A stretch of DNA of 17,984 bases from a virus. Lineage: Duplodnaviria; Heunggongvirae; Uroviricota; Caudoviricetes. A program made the position numbers and the translations under genes. The stretch lies in IMG/VR virus record IMGVR_UViG_2541047596_000007. One strand, given 5' to 3'. A model generated the notes under the pieces. The model was given only the letters and a program-made list of their open reading frames with translations. It was not told the DNA's origin and made no database searches. Position 1 is the first letter of the stretch; every line of letters begins with the position of its first letter. This document shows, piece by piece, positions 8,920 to 16,931 of this stretch.

Positions 8920-8954
8920 TACTGTATGCATAAACACTGTTTATATTTACAGTA
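8920..8954. promoter_or_regulatory. LexA (SOS) box plus adjacent half-matching box upstream of the small-ORF/DinI-like operon
   Basis: caCTGTttatatttACAGta (8935-8954) fits CTGT-N8-ACAG with an AT-rich spacer. The overlapping CTGTatgcataaACAC (8922-8937) is a near match. Confidence 0.6.
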
Positions 8955-9046
8955 TATAATAATCTTACTGATGTAAAACGTTTTTTTACGTTCATCAGCC
9001 TGATATGCCTGGTATTATTAAGAGCACGAATTGTTAACCCGCGTAA

Positions 9047-11461
9047 TTAATACAGGTTCCGCCACTTATCATCTTCCTGCAAACGCTGGTTCCGATAGAA
9101 GATACGCAGGCCTGCTCCTGACGGAATACTGCCACCGCGAAGGAGCAAATCGACCTCTTTCTCGCTGCCATCAAATCCTCTGGACTTCAGTTCATAGACG
9201 AGCTGCTGACGCTGATGCTCTGTAATTCGCTGTTTGTAGTCTTTACGCCGTTTCGGTTTAACCAGGCGTAATCTTGCTACCAGTTCCCGGCGCTCTTTTT
9301 TGTTCATACAGTGCAGGTAATCGTGCAACTCCTTGTCATCCATGCGGGTGATATCCGTTCTGGTATCCCCATCAGCTGATTTGTCTTTCCCTTGTTGGTA
9401 CAAATTTTCAGCAAGGGGACAGTTATTGCCACGAGTCCAAGGGGCGCAAGCGCTCTGGTCGGCTACCGCCTCCTGAACGTCAACGGCCTTACGAACCATT
9501 TTCCACTTCACTGCATGAGTGCAGATCTTGCCCTCTGCAATGGGTGACCAGATGCCATAAATACGAATACCGTGATCGCCATAGGCGGTCGGCTCTTCGT
9601 TAATTTCATAAGCAGTTCTGATGAGGTGATATTTACGGGGAACCAGTACACCTCCCTGCTTCATGATATAGGTGGCAAAACAACCAGCATCAGCAGCAGC
9701 CAGAATGGCATCAAGGCGCGGGTTATCCAGTACCGGCACACCTGCTTTTTTGTCACCCTGCTGCCTTGCCGCCTGACCAGCCAGCAATCGCAGTTCACGG
9801 TAAGCCTGACGCCCCGGAATACCAAAGAAGCGGAATTGCTGAACACGATGCAAAGACGCCCAGGCATTCACGTATTCAGCGTTATCACGAAGAGATTTAC
9901 CCGTTTCCTTGCTGATCTCGCCAGCCAGACCACGCCCGTCAATGTTCTTACTGATGTATTTCGCTATGTAGCTTGTCGGCGTTCCTTTGCGCGGGTTAAT
10001 CAGCTCAGACTTAAAGCGCGGCCCCGTGTTATTGCCCAGCTCCTCGCGGTCTTCACGGATAGCAAACTTACGCAACAATGCAGTAATGGCGCGGCGGTCT
10101 TTTTTGCGCATGAAACACAACAGGTGCCAGTGAACTGTGCCGTCGTGATGCGGCTCAGCCACCCGCACGCCATACCAGCGCAACCCGGCTTTGTGCATCG
10201 CCTTACGAAATGCAGCAAACATACCGACCAGATAATCGCTGCTTTGTCTTACCGTCGCGTTTTTCCAGGTCGGATTGGGTCTGCCGTTATTGAGCGTGGA
10301 ATGGAAACGTGACGGACAGGTAATGGTGTAGAAAACGGCGCAGTCACCGCGCATTTCCGCGATAAGCTCCAGACCTTTAACACAGGCCATCATCTCATTG
10401 CGGCGATGCGCCGGGTTGCTGCAGCTGGCGTTTACCACATCTTCCATATCCAGCGCGTCTCCGTCTTCGTTCACCAGTTCATGAGAACGGAAAAACTCCA
10501 GCGACTTACGGCACTGCTCACGTTTATGCATCACAGCTTCATAGCTGACATAGGGAGATGCTTTTTTGCTGACCAGGCAGACAGCACGCAACTGCTCTTC
10601 CCGCCATTCGCAACGCATCTTCCACAATTTCCGATACCACCAGTCGGCGCACAGCATACGCGCCAGCGAGCCCGGAATGAGTTCATAGGGCACGGGTTTA
10701 CGGCGGTTTCTTTTCCGACGGAGTTGCTCAAACGCAGGCGGGATGACATCCAAACGTAGGGTTTCCGCTGCCACCTTTTCCCATGTCTTGCGGATTTCTT
10801 CTGGCTTAACATCATCGGTGGCGTACAAATCACCACAAGCGGCATCAAGACACATGCTCATATGCGCAGCGACAAGGGTAGACAGGCGTTTCACCTGATC
10901 CTGACTCATTTCAGGCAGGATCAGCAGGCCGTCCAGCCCTTCATGGCTTGCCATAAAGCGAAAAGAAGTGGATAGCTGACTGTCGCGTACATGCTCCAGT
11001 CGTTCCAGACATGGCTTAATCGTCTCACGCAAATAGCGGGAATAAGCCTTTGGCCTGCCCAGACTGCTGAAGTATTCAATACGTTGCATCAGCGGCTTGC
11101 TGATATGGGAAGGCTGGGCGTTGACGTCAGCCAGAATGACCATGTCTGGATTAAAACGCTGCTGCTCATGCGCCAGCTTTGCCCGGCTAATGAGCTTATC
11201 CTGCTCCATTTCGCGCTGGACAGGATCACGGGATTCATTAAAGAAATAACGCTCCCAGACCTGCTCACTCAGTGCCTCGCGGCGCAGTTGTTCCTGCTCG
11301 TTATCGGCAGCATACAGAGTGATCAGGTTTGAAAGTGCAGACTCCGGCGCAAATTCCGCCGGGTCCAGATAAGGGTTAATGGCCTTTTTCGGGCCGTTCC
11401 ATGAAAATGATGCAGCGGCCTCGTTAAAGCCGCTAGAGTTGCTCATATCGTCATGACTCAT
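9047..11461 (-). CDS. A: P2/186 gene A-like rolling-circle replication initiator
   Basis: 804 aa with an HUH-type metal motif ([10 protein letters not shown]) and paired tyrosines ([10 protein letters not shown]), as in the P2 A endonuclease. The start overlaps the Dam stop by ATGA. Confidence 0.88.
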   Translation of the reverse strand: MSHDDMSNSSGFNEAAASFSWNGPKKAINPYLDPAEFAPESALSNLITLYAADNEQEQLRREALSEQVWERYFFNESRDPVQREMEQDKLISRAKLAHEQQRFNPDMVILADVNAQPSHISKPLMQRIEYFSSLGRPKAYSRYLRETIKPCLERLEHVRDSQLSTSFRFMASHEGLDGLLILPEMSQDQVKRLSTLVAAHMSMCLDAACGDLYATDDVKPEEIRKTWEKVAAETLRLDVIPPAFEQLRRKRNRRKPVPYELIPGSLARMLCADWWYRKLWKMRCEWREEQLRAVCLVSKKASPYVSYEAVMHKREQCRKSLEFFRSHELVNEDGDALDMEDVVNASCSNPAHRRNEMMACVKGLELIAEMRGDCAVFYTITCPSRFHSTLNNGRPNPTWKNATVRQSSDYLVGMFAAFRKAMHKAGLRWYGVRVAEPHHDGTVHWHLLCFMRKKDRRAITALLRKFAIREDREELGNNTGPRFKSELINPRKGTPTSYIAKYISKNIDGRGLAGEISKETGKSLRDNAEYVNAWASLHRVQQFRFFGIPGRQAYRELRLLAGQAARQQGDKKAGVPVLDNPRLDAILAAADAGCFATYIMKQGGVLVPRKYHLIRTAYEINEEPTAYGDHGIRIYGIWSPIAEGKICTHAVKWKMVRKAVDVQEAVADQSACAPWTRGNNCPLAENLYQQGKDKSADGDTRTDITRMDDKELHDYLHCMNKKERRELVARLRLVKPKRRKDYKQRITEHQRQQLVYELKSRGFDGSEKEVDLLLRGGSIPSGAGLRIFYRNQRLQEDDKWRNLY

Positions 11462-12315
11462 ACACGCACCTCGTACACAGCAGAACTATCTACGCCACGC
11501 GAAGGATCAAATCCCACCCAGCAGCGCGCCCCGGAAACAGCAATGATTTCTGTTGCAGATTTACTATCACCAGCTGCCACACCGATGCTGCGTTTTGCCT
11601 TGATGTAGTGGTGAGTAAAATTGCGATACAGCGAACGGATCAGGGATGTGTCACTGTTAGAAACAATGACCGGATGTCCTTCTGATGACCGATGTTCAAG
11701 AACGGATGCCAGGTGATACTGGTCATCTTCAGTGAAACCATCAGTGTGATAGCCGGAAAACGTACCGTCATACGGCGGATCGCAATACACCACATCCCCC
11801 GCCTTCAACATCGCCAGCGTTTCATCAAAGTTGGCGCAGATAAACGTTGCCCGCTGGGCTTTCTCTGCAAATGCGCGAATTTCTTTTTCAGGGAAATACG
11901 GATTTTTATAATTACCGTAGGGAATGTTGAAATACCCGCTCTTGTTATAGCGACATAACCCACGGTAACCATGACGATTGAGATACAGAAAATATACCGA
12001 TTTCATGAAATCAGTAATTTCAGTGGAGTAATTAAACTCCTGCCTTATGTTGTAATAAGCCACCTCCCTGTTTGCTTCCTCAAATAAAGCTCTGGCACGA
12101 GATATAAACGCCTCACAATCAGCAGCAACCTTTTTATAGAGGTTGATTAAATCAGGATTAATATCCGCAACAAGATAGCTGGGGTAATCCGTCTCCATCA
12201 TCACTGCACAGGAACCCGCGAAAGGTTCAACCAGTCGCGGGCCAGCAGGAAGATGCTTTTTCAATTCGGACATTATGGCGGTTTTATTTCCCGCCCATTT
12301 CAGGATGGTGCTCAT
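11458..12315 (-). CDS. Dam-type DNA N6-adenine methyltransferase
   Basis: SAM-binding motif I (EPFAGSCAV) and catalytic DPPY ([10 protein letters not shown]). Start taken at [11 protein letters not shown], preceded by GGAGGTG; the ORF track's longer N-terminus is probably not translated. Confidence 0.85.
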   Translation of the reverse strand: MSTILKWAGNKTAIMSELKKHLPAGPRLVEPFAGSCAVMMETDYPSYLVADINPDLINLYKKVAADCEAFISRARALFEEANREVAYYNIRQEFNYSTEITDFMKSVYFLYLNRHGYRGLCRYNKSGYFNIPYGNYKNPYFPEKEIRAFAEKAQRATFICANFDETLAMLKAGDVVYCDPPYDGTFSGYHTDGFTEDDQYHLASVLEHRSSEGHPVIVSNSDTSLIRSLYRNFTHHYIKAKRSIGVAAGDSKSATEIIAVSGARCWVGFDPSRGVDSSAVYEVRV

Positions 12316-12539
12316 ACAGCACCTCCGTTGTAATGTTTGCCTTTCAGTTCTGCGATTTCCTGACAGGTAATGCAAAGCTGCACACCCGGAATGGCACGAC
12401 GGCGTGCTGGCGGAATTGGCGCTTCACACTCAACGCAAAGCACGCGGGACACGCCCGGCGTTTTGGCACGGGCAGCACGGATATGACGTTGGCGTTCTTC
12501 TTCAACGCGCTGCTGGACGAGATCCATTGCATCAGCCAT
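12312..12539 (-). CDS. TraR/DksA-family C4 zinc-finger protein
   Basis: 75 aa with CVEC...(17 residues)...CITC, as in the small TraR-like proteins of P2-like early operons. It overlaps both neighbouring genes. Confidence 0.72.
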   Translation of the reverse strand: MADAMDLVQQRVEEERQRHIRAARAKTPGVSRVLCVECEAPIPPARRRAIPGVQLCITCQEIAELKGKHYNGGAV

Positions 12540-12778
12540 CAGTGGATCTCCTGCGCTTCGTTCTGGATTGCTTCAGCAGTCACACGCAGCAGTTCTGCCG
12601 CTTCGACGTGGTTTAACTGGCGGGATGTGATATGACACGCCAGGCGATCAAGGCGAGCTGCCATTGCTTCAGCCCTTGCCCGGCGTTCTTCCAGACGAGC
12701 CTCTGTCAGTAAAATATTAAGCCCTGCGTCATCCGGTCCGGTTTTAGTCGTGAGGGTATCAATATTACGCATAATCAA
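12539..12778 (-). CDS. Hypothetical early-operon protein (P2 orf80/81 position)
   Basis: 79-aa ORF co-oriented and tightly packed within the early operon. No motif recognised. Confidence 0.55.
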   Translation of the reverse strand: MIMRNIDTLTTKTGPDDAGLNILLTEARLEERRARAEAMAARLDRLACHITSRQLNHVEAAELLRVTAEAIQNEAQEIH

Positions 12779-12839
12779 TTCTCCTGAATTTAGATAAAGG
12801 GATGCCCGGCGGGTTTACGCCATTAATTTCATTAGTTGG

Positions 12840-13181
12840 TTAATTCGGCATGGTTAGCCGTCTGGGAAATAAGCTCACCACTGCACGAAAATGATTCATT
12901 GCTTTAATCAGCTCCCGCTTTTCGTCAGTGGTCAGCTCATTAATGCTGATGCTATGACGTTCAGCTGGAATTTTTGCCATAAAGAATATGGCAGCCAGTG
13001 CCCGTTTATTTTGTTCATTATTGATATCCCGTGGATCACGCATATCTTTAATAAACCGCTCAAGCTCTGACTCAATATTCAGGCCAAAAACTTTCGCCCT
13101 TAACTCCGCAATGTGATTAAGTCCATTCAGGCGTTCACCGGGGCTTAATGGAACAGTTGCTGCAGCGCCATTAATAGCCAT
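12840..13181 (-). CDS. Hypothetical early-operon protein
   Basis: 113-aa ORF with GGGGGAA upstream of the ATG on the minus strand. It sits where 186 has fil/dhr, but no sequence-based assignment is possible. Confidence 0.55.
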   Translation of the reverse strand: MAINGAAATVPLSPGERLNGLNHIAELRAKVFGLNIESELERFIKDMRDPRDINNEQNKRALAAIFFMAKIPAERHSISINELTTDEKRELIKAMNHFRAVVSLFPRRLTMPN

Positions 13182-13345
13182 TTGTTCCCCCGTTTTTTCG
13201 TAGATAGTTCTGCCAGCAATTCATCTTGTGAACGGCATGGATGCCAGCGTTTACCATCCTCACCCATGATCCAGCCGTGACCGTAGTGCATTGCCGGGCT
13301 TTGCTTTACCAGCAGCGATGCAAATGATGGTTCTTTCGTAAGCAT
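13145..13345 (-). CDS. Hypothetical small early-operon protein
   Basis: Start chosen at the internal Met MLTKEP, just before the CII stop. The longer reading from 13375 would overlap CII by 23 nt. Confidence 0.45.
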   Translation of the reverse strand: MLTKEPSFASLLVKQSPAMHYGHGWIMGEDGKRWHPCRSQDELLAELSTKKRGNKWLLMALQQLFH

Positions 13346-13352
13346 AAGCACC

Positions 13353-13862
13353 TCACAGCAAACCGAATGAAGCACCGAGGCCAGTCACGGTATCAACTGC
13401 GCTCGCCATCGCAGGATTAGCCTGTAAACGGGCCTGCAATGAAACAGCAGCCAGCGCCATCAGTCGTGTTACAGAGTTAATGCTGCTGATAGCATCACGA
13501 CGACCTGCACTGGTTTTTACATCGCCAGATACCGCACCTGCAGCAACACGCCCGATCTCTGCGGTTGCACTCATGACGTAATGTGGCAGTTTCTCTTTTG
13601 CCACCTCATTAATTGGTACACATGGCAGACAATGAATCTGTGCCAGAAAACCATCTACCAGCGTTGAATCCTCAGTCAGATCGGTAAGCAGCCAGATGTC
13701 TGGTGCGGTTAATAAATGAGGTTGAGCTGGGTTCAGCTTGTTCCGCAGAATCTGCACATTCATGCCTGCACGTTCTGCCAGTTGCACCAGGTTGTGGCGC
13801 AACGCGAATGCACGACAGGCTTCATCAAAATGTGGATGTTTGGAAACTTGGTAATCAAACAT
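13353..13862 (-). CDS. cII: Phage 186 CII-like transcriptional activator
   Basis: Starting at [24 protein letters not shown]..., the protein has the length and residue pattern I recall for 186/Fels-2 CII. The ORF track's upstream extension is probably untranslated; AGGGGTG precedes the chosen ATG. Confidence 0.8.
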   Translation of the reverse strand: MFDYQVSKHPHFDEACRAFALRHNLVQLAERAGMNVQILRNKLNPAQPHLLTAPDIWLLTDLTEDSTLVDGFLAQIHCLPCVPINEVAKEKLPHYVMSATAEIGRVAAGAVSGDVKTSAGRRDAISSINSVTRLMALAAVSLQARLQANPAMASAVDTVTGLGASFGLL

Positions 13863-13894
13863 AGTCGACACCCCTGATATATCCCAAAATGGAA

Positions 13895-14116
13895 CTAGTT
13901 GAATACAACATTGCAATCAGTAAGTGCATCAACGGTAAGAGCAGCAAGGTTGATCATTACCTTTTCTCTTTTTTTGTCCTTCCGGAGACGATGGCGAATA
14001 AGACGTCCATCAGCCAGCATGTCATTGATGGTGTCGATAGATAAGCCAGTCAGTTCGCTGTATTTCTCAATAGAAACAGATGGAACAGCTAAGGTGATTG
14101 AAATATGTGGAGTCAT
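13895..14116 (-). CDS. Cox/Apl-like excisionase-repressor (small HTH protein)
   Basis: 73 aa starting at [39 protein letters not shown]. It is the first gene of the early operon, transcribed divergently from cI, as for 186 apl and P2 cox. Confidence 0.65.
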   Translation of the reverse strand: MTPHISITLAVPSVSIEKYSELTGLSIDTINDMLADGRLIRHRLRKDKKREKVMINLAALTVDALTDCNVVFN

Positions 14117-14241
14117 GATGCAAGATTCCTCGATTAACATGATGTGTGGTAACTGGTGATTAACACCGTCAAGTTCACTTTCGCACACATTAATTCTTCA
14201 TTTGAGAAGTGTCAACTCAATATTACTCAAAGGCGTACTAG
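14117..14241. promoter_or_regulatory. Immunity switch region (candidate early and repressor promoters and operators)
   Basis: A minus-strand TTGACA (top 14210-14215) with TAATGT 17 bp downstream is a candidate early promoter. Direct repeats GATTAACA (14132-14139 and 14158-14165) and the inverted repeat TTGAG-N9-CTCAA (14202-14220) are candidate operators. Confidence 0.4.
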
Positions 14242-15120
14242 ATGAATTTCAAAAACGGAGGACAGGCAGTCATAAAGCGCATGCTTGAAGCGTATGGATT
14301 CAAGACGCGGCAAGCCCTATGTGAACAGTTCAATGTATCTGCAAGTACTATGGGAACGCGCTGGATGCGTGACGCATTTCCTGCTGACTGGGTAATTCAG
14401 TGTGCAATTGAAACAGGAGCATCTATAGAGTGGCTCTCATTCGGAAAAGGCGTGCCATTTCCTAAGAATACCGAAGTTCCCGCTAAATTAGAGGAACCAG
14501 CATCATTGGTTCAATATGTTCCCAAAGCCACCACCAACGAGAACCCAATTGTGAACCATCCAAATCTGGATTCAGGTGGACGTAATGCGATAAACAGGCT
14601 AATGGAAGCGTATGGCTTTAAAACAAGACAAGAACTTGCCGACCATTTGAATGTGTCTAAAAGCACAATGGCGAATAGATACTTGCGAGACACATTCCCA
14701 GCTGACTGGATCATAAGATGCTCGTTGGAAACAAGAACTTCTCTTTTATGGTTAGCAACTGGGCGCGGGCAAAAACTTGGAAGCGAAGAAAGTGAAGCTT
14801 TAGAAATTCCTAAAGTAAAACTTATTGACAATCAAATTTTCGATGCTGGTCATTTATTGATAGATAAGTCCCTGCTTCCTCATTTTAATGATTTACTCGC
14901 AATTGAAGACGAACATTGCATAAATATTGCACACATGAATAAAGCTAATGTTGAAGACGGAAGATGGATTGTTCAATACCAAAATAATTTCAAGTTAAAA
15001 CAAATTTTTCTATTACCTGGAGGCAATCTTCGAGTAACAGACGATGATTTAACATTTGATTGTGAAAAAGAAGATATAAAATTAGTTGCCAAAATTTTCT
15101 CACAGTACCGTACTATTTAA
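14242..15120 (+). CDS. CI-like repressor with tandemly duplicated N-terminal CI-type HTH domains
   Basis: 292 aa. Residues ~5-70 (RMLEAYGFKTRQALCEQFNVSASTMGTRWMRDAFPADWVIQCAIETGASIEWL) and ~111-176 (RLMEAYGFKTRQELADHLNVSKSTMANRYLRDTFPADWIIRCSLETRTSLLWL) are homologous copies of the phage CI-repressor HTH fold, followed by a distinct ~115-aa C-terminal domain. Confidence 0.72.
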   Translation: MNFKNGGQAVIKRMLEAYGFKTRQALCEQFNVSASTMGTRWMRDAFPADWVIQCAIETGASIEWLSFGKGVPFPKNTEVPAKLEEPASLVQYVPKATTNENPIVNHPNLDSGGRNAINRLMEAYGFKTRQELADHLNVSKSTMANRYLRDTFPADWIIRCSLETRTSLLWLATGRGQKLGSEESEALEIPKVKLIDNQIFDAGHLLIDKSLLPHFNDLLAIEDEHCINIAHMNKANVEDGRWIVQYQNNFKLKQIFLLPGGNLRVTDDDLTFDCEKEDIKLVAKIFSQYRTI

Positions 15121-15135
15121 TCTTGAGGCATAGTA

Positions 15136-16164
15136 ATGGATTTTATAAAAAAACTCGAATTTGGAAATTATACTCTCCGTTTTGGTGATGATGTTTTGCT
15201 AGACTATTATGATGAAATTGTTTTCCCCTCTTTTTTGGAGATGGCAAACATCCGCAGAATATCTGACAAATCAGAGTTCTTTTTCATTGATACTGAATGC
15301 GTCATACTTGACGAAGAAGCAACACCCCCAGTACTCGGAATTAAAGGTCGGATTATTAAGAATACATTATTAACCAGAGAACAAGTATTTGATGGTGCTG
15401 ATTTGGTTGAAGATCATAAAGAGCTTGAAACAGCCCCGAGCTCTTTCTTTCTTCTAATATTAAACACTCACAGATTAATTCTTTGCAAGGAAGTTAGTGG
15501 TGCTCCCACAATTCAAAACTTTCAGTCAACAAGTCAGTGTTTCTTAAACATAGAATATGAAAAATACATATCTCATTTATACGAAACCGCACAAGAAGAA
15601 CGCAAAGAAAACCCTGACTTACCTCGAGTCACTAAAAAAAGCTTACGGAACGAAATCAAACGCCCGAAGCTAAGAATAACGCCGTTAACTGACAAACAAA
15701 GCCTAGAGCAATTTATTGATAATTTTAATAAAATCCAAAATGTCTCAGTAAAACTTCTCCCTACAAATCAAGAAGAAATTGATAACGACGAATTTTGGGA
15801 GTCGCTTGAAAGTGCCGGAGACGAAATGGGAAGTATTTCTACATCTATTCGCTTTTCAAACACCGATTCAGGCTTGAATCATGGTGCTGTTTTAGAACAA
15901 CTCACATCAGCAACCAGATTGGCTAATTCAGGAATAAATATTAAAGGATATGATGACAATGGTGATATAATCAAAGGTAGCAATGATGACTTTGTTTTGT
16001 TAAGTGAGATGAATGAATTATCAAAGGATACGGTAGTAGCTGCAAATGAAAGTTATGAGCGGTATGAAAATCTTGTAGAAGAAGGTAAGATATCTCTACC
16101 CCGTTCTCTTTCACAAAAGACGATTAGAATTATTAGCAATATATATGAAAGGTTTGGTCGATGA
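15136..16164 (+). CDS. Hypothetical soluble protein, unrecognised family (candidate exclusion/defence component A)
   Basis: 342-aa ORF 15 nt downstream of the cI stop, with GAGG about 8 nt upstream of the ATG. Visibly AT-rich compared with the phage core. No catalytic or NTP-binding motif recognised; two domains separated by a charged linker. Confidence 0.7.
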   Translation: MDFIKKLEFGNYTLRFGDDVLLDYYDEIVFPSFLEMANIRRISDKSEFFFIDTECVILDEEATPPVLGIKGRIIKNTLLTREQVFDGADLVEDHKELETAPSSFFLLILNTHRLILCKEVSGAPTIQNFQSTSQCFLNIEYEKYISHLYETAQEERKENPDLPRVTKKSLRNEIKRPKLRITPLTDKQSLEQFIDNFNKIQNVSVKLLPTNQEEIDNDEFWESLESAGDEMGSISTSIRFSNTDSGLNHGAVLEQLTSATRLANSGINIKGYDDNGDIIKGSNDDFVLLSEMNELSKDTVVAANESYERYENLVEEGKISLPRSLSQKTIRIISNIYERFGR

Positions 16165-16841
16165 TAAATAAAATAGATGCTAAAGAAATAACCAAAGAGA
16201 AAAACCTTTGGGATGTTTACTTGCTCTGCAAACGGATTACTATTAGTACATTCCATATTTGCATTTTGCTCACAGCATCTATTTTTTTATTAACAAACTC
16301 TTTTTTTATTGAGAAGGATATGTCTCATTTAGTATCTGACATTAGAAACTGGGCTTTGATTGGTTTTAACTTTGCAGTGACAACCTTAGGTTTTCTCATT
16401 GCTGGTTTCACAATATTTGCAACACTATCCAAACCCGAGATGTTTCTTCAGATGATGTCAATACAACATAAAAAAACACAGATGCCCACGTTAAAATATA
16501 ACTTTATGGCATTTATGAAAGTTTTCATCTCATTTATTACGTTTACTTTCATTTATCTAATAATAATTCTCTTTTGTCAAAAAGATGGAATAATTGGTAA
16601 TATAATTGATTTATTTCCATATTCAAAATCGATAAAAGAATTAATTATTAAATTTGGATACTGTGTTATAGGGACTAGCCTTATTTACTTAGTGTTAGTA
16701 GTAAAGACATTTATTTTTAATATCTACGCTATCATAATGAATAATATTCGTTGGGAGTTATACATTAAAAGAAAAGAACAAAGACTTTCCAGTAACAAAG
16801 AGACAATCAATAAAAACATAGATGTAACTAAAATGCATTAA
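16161..16841 (+). CDS. Hypothetical four-TM membrane protein (candidate exclusion/defence component B)
   Basis: 226 aa whose start overlaps the upstream stop by ATGA. Four hydrophobic segments of about 23-30 residues (approx. aa 26-50, 64-89, 115-139, 162-194). Very AT-rich. Confidence 0.7.
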   Translation: MINKIDAKEITKEKNLWDVYLLCKRITISTFHICILLTASIFLLTNSFFIEKDMSHLVSDIRNWALIGFNFAVTTLGFLIAGFTIFATLSKPEMFLQMMSIQHKKTQMPTLKYNFMAFMKVFISFITFTFIYLIIILFCQKDGIIGNIIDLFPYSKSIKELIIKFGYCVIGTSLIYLVLVVKTFIFNIYAIIMNNIRWELYIKRKEQRLSSNKETINKNIDVTKMH

Positions 16842-16878
16842 ACACATAACATATGTATAGTTATCCAATCATCATACA

Positions 16879-16907
16879 TTGACACTGTATAAAAAAACAG
16901 TATAAAT
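16879..16907 (+). promoter_or_regulatory. Sigma70-like promoter with embedded LexA box upstream of int
   Basis: TTGACA (16879-16884), 16-bp spacer, TATAAA (16901-16906). The spacer contains caCTGTataaaaaaACAGta (16883-16902), a CTGT-N8-ACAG LexA box. GGAGGG (16918-16923) precedes the int ATG. Confidence 0.5.
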
Positions 16908-16931
16908 ACTCTCCACTGGAGGGCATTTTTT

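Noticed and set aside
8377-8959. Plus-strand ORFs (111 and 73 aa) and the longer 96/101-aa minus-strand readings around the DinI-like locus
   Set aside because: The plus-strand ORFs are antisense to the DinI-like and small ORFs. The longer minus-strand readings begin upstream of strong SD sequences and, for the 96-aa ORF, would put the LexA boxes inside coding sequence.
9031-11332. Plus- and minus-strand internal ORFs (64 to 246 aa) overlapping gene A
   Set aside because: All are embedded in or antisense to the 804-aa replication initiator frame, which carries the HUH and tyrosine motifs.
11692-12635. Plus-strand ORFs (88, 100, 70 aa) and the 62-aa minus-strand ORF over the Dam and zinc-finger genes
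   Set aside because: Overlapping alternative frames without motifs; the annotated frames carry the DPPY and C4 motifs.
13899-14159. 86-aa plus-strand ORF antisense to the Cox/Apl-like gene
   Set aside because: Arg-rich antisense frame. A repressor-strand transcript may well cross this region, but there is no support for translation.
14511-14831. 106-aa minus-strand ORF inside the repressor gene
   Set aside because: Antisense to the CI-like ORF, which carries the two recognisable HTH copies.
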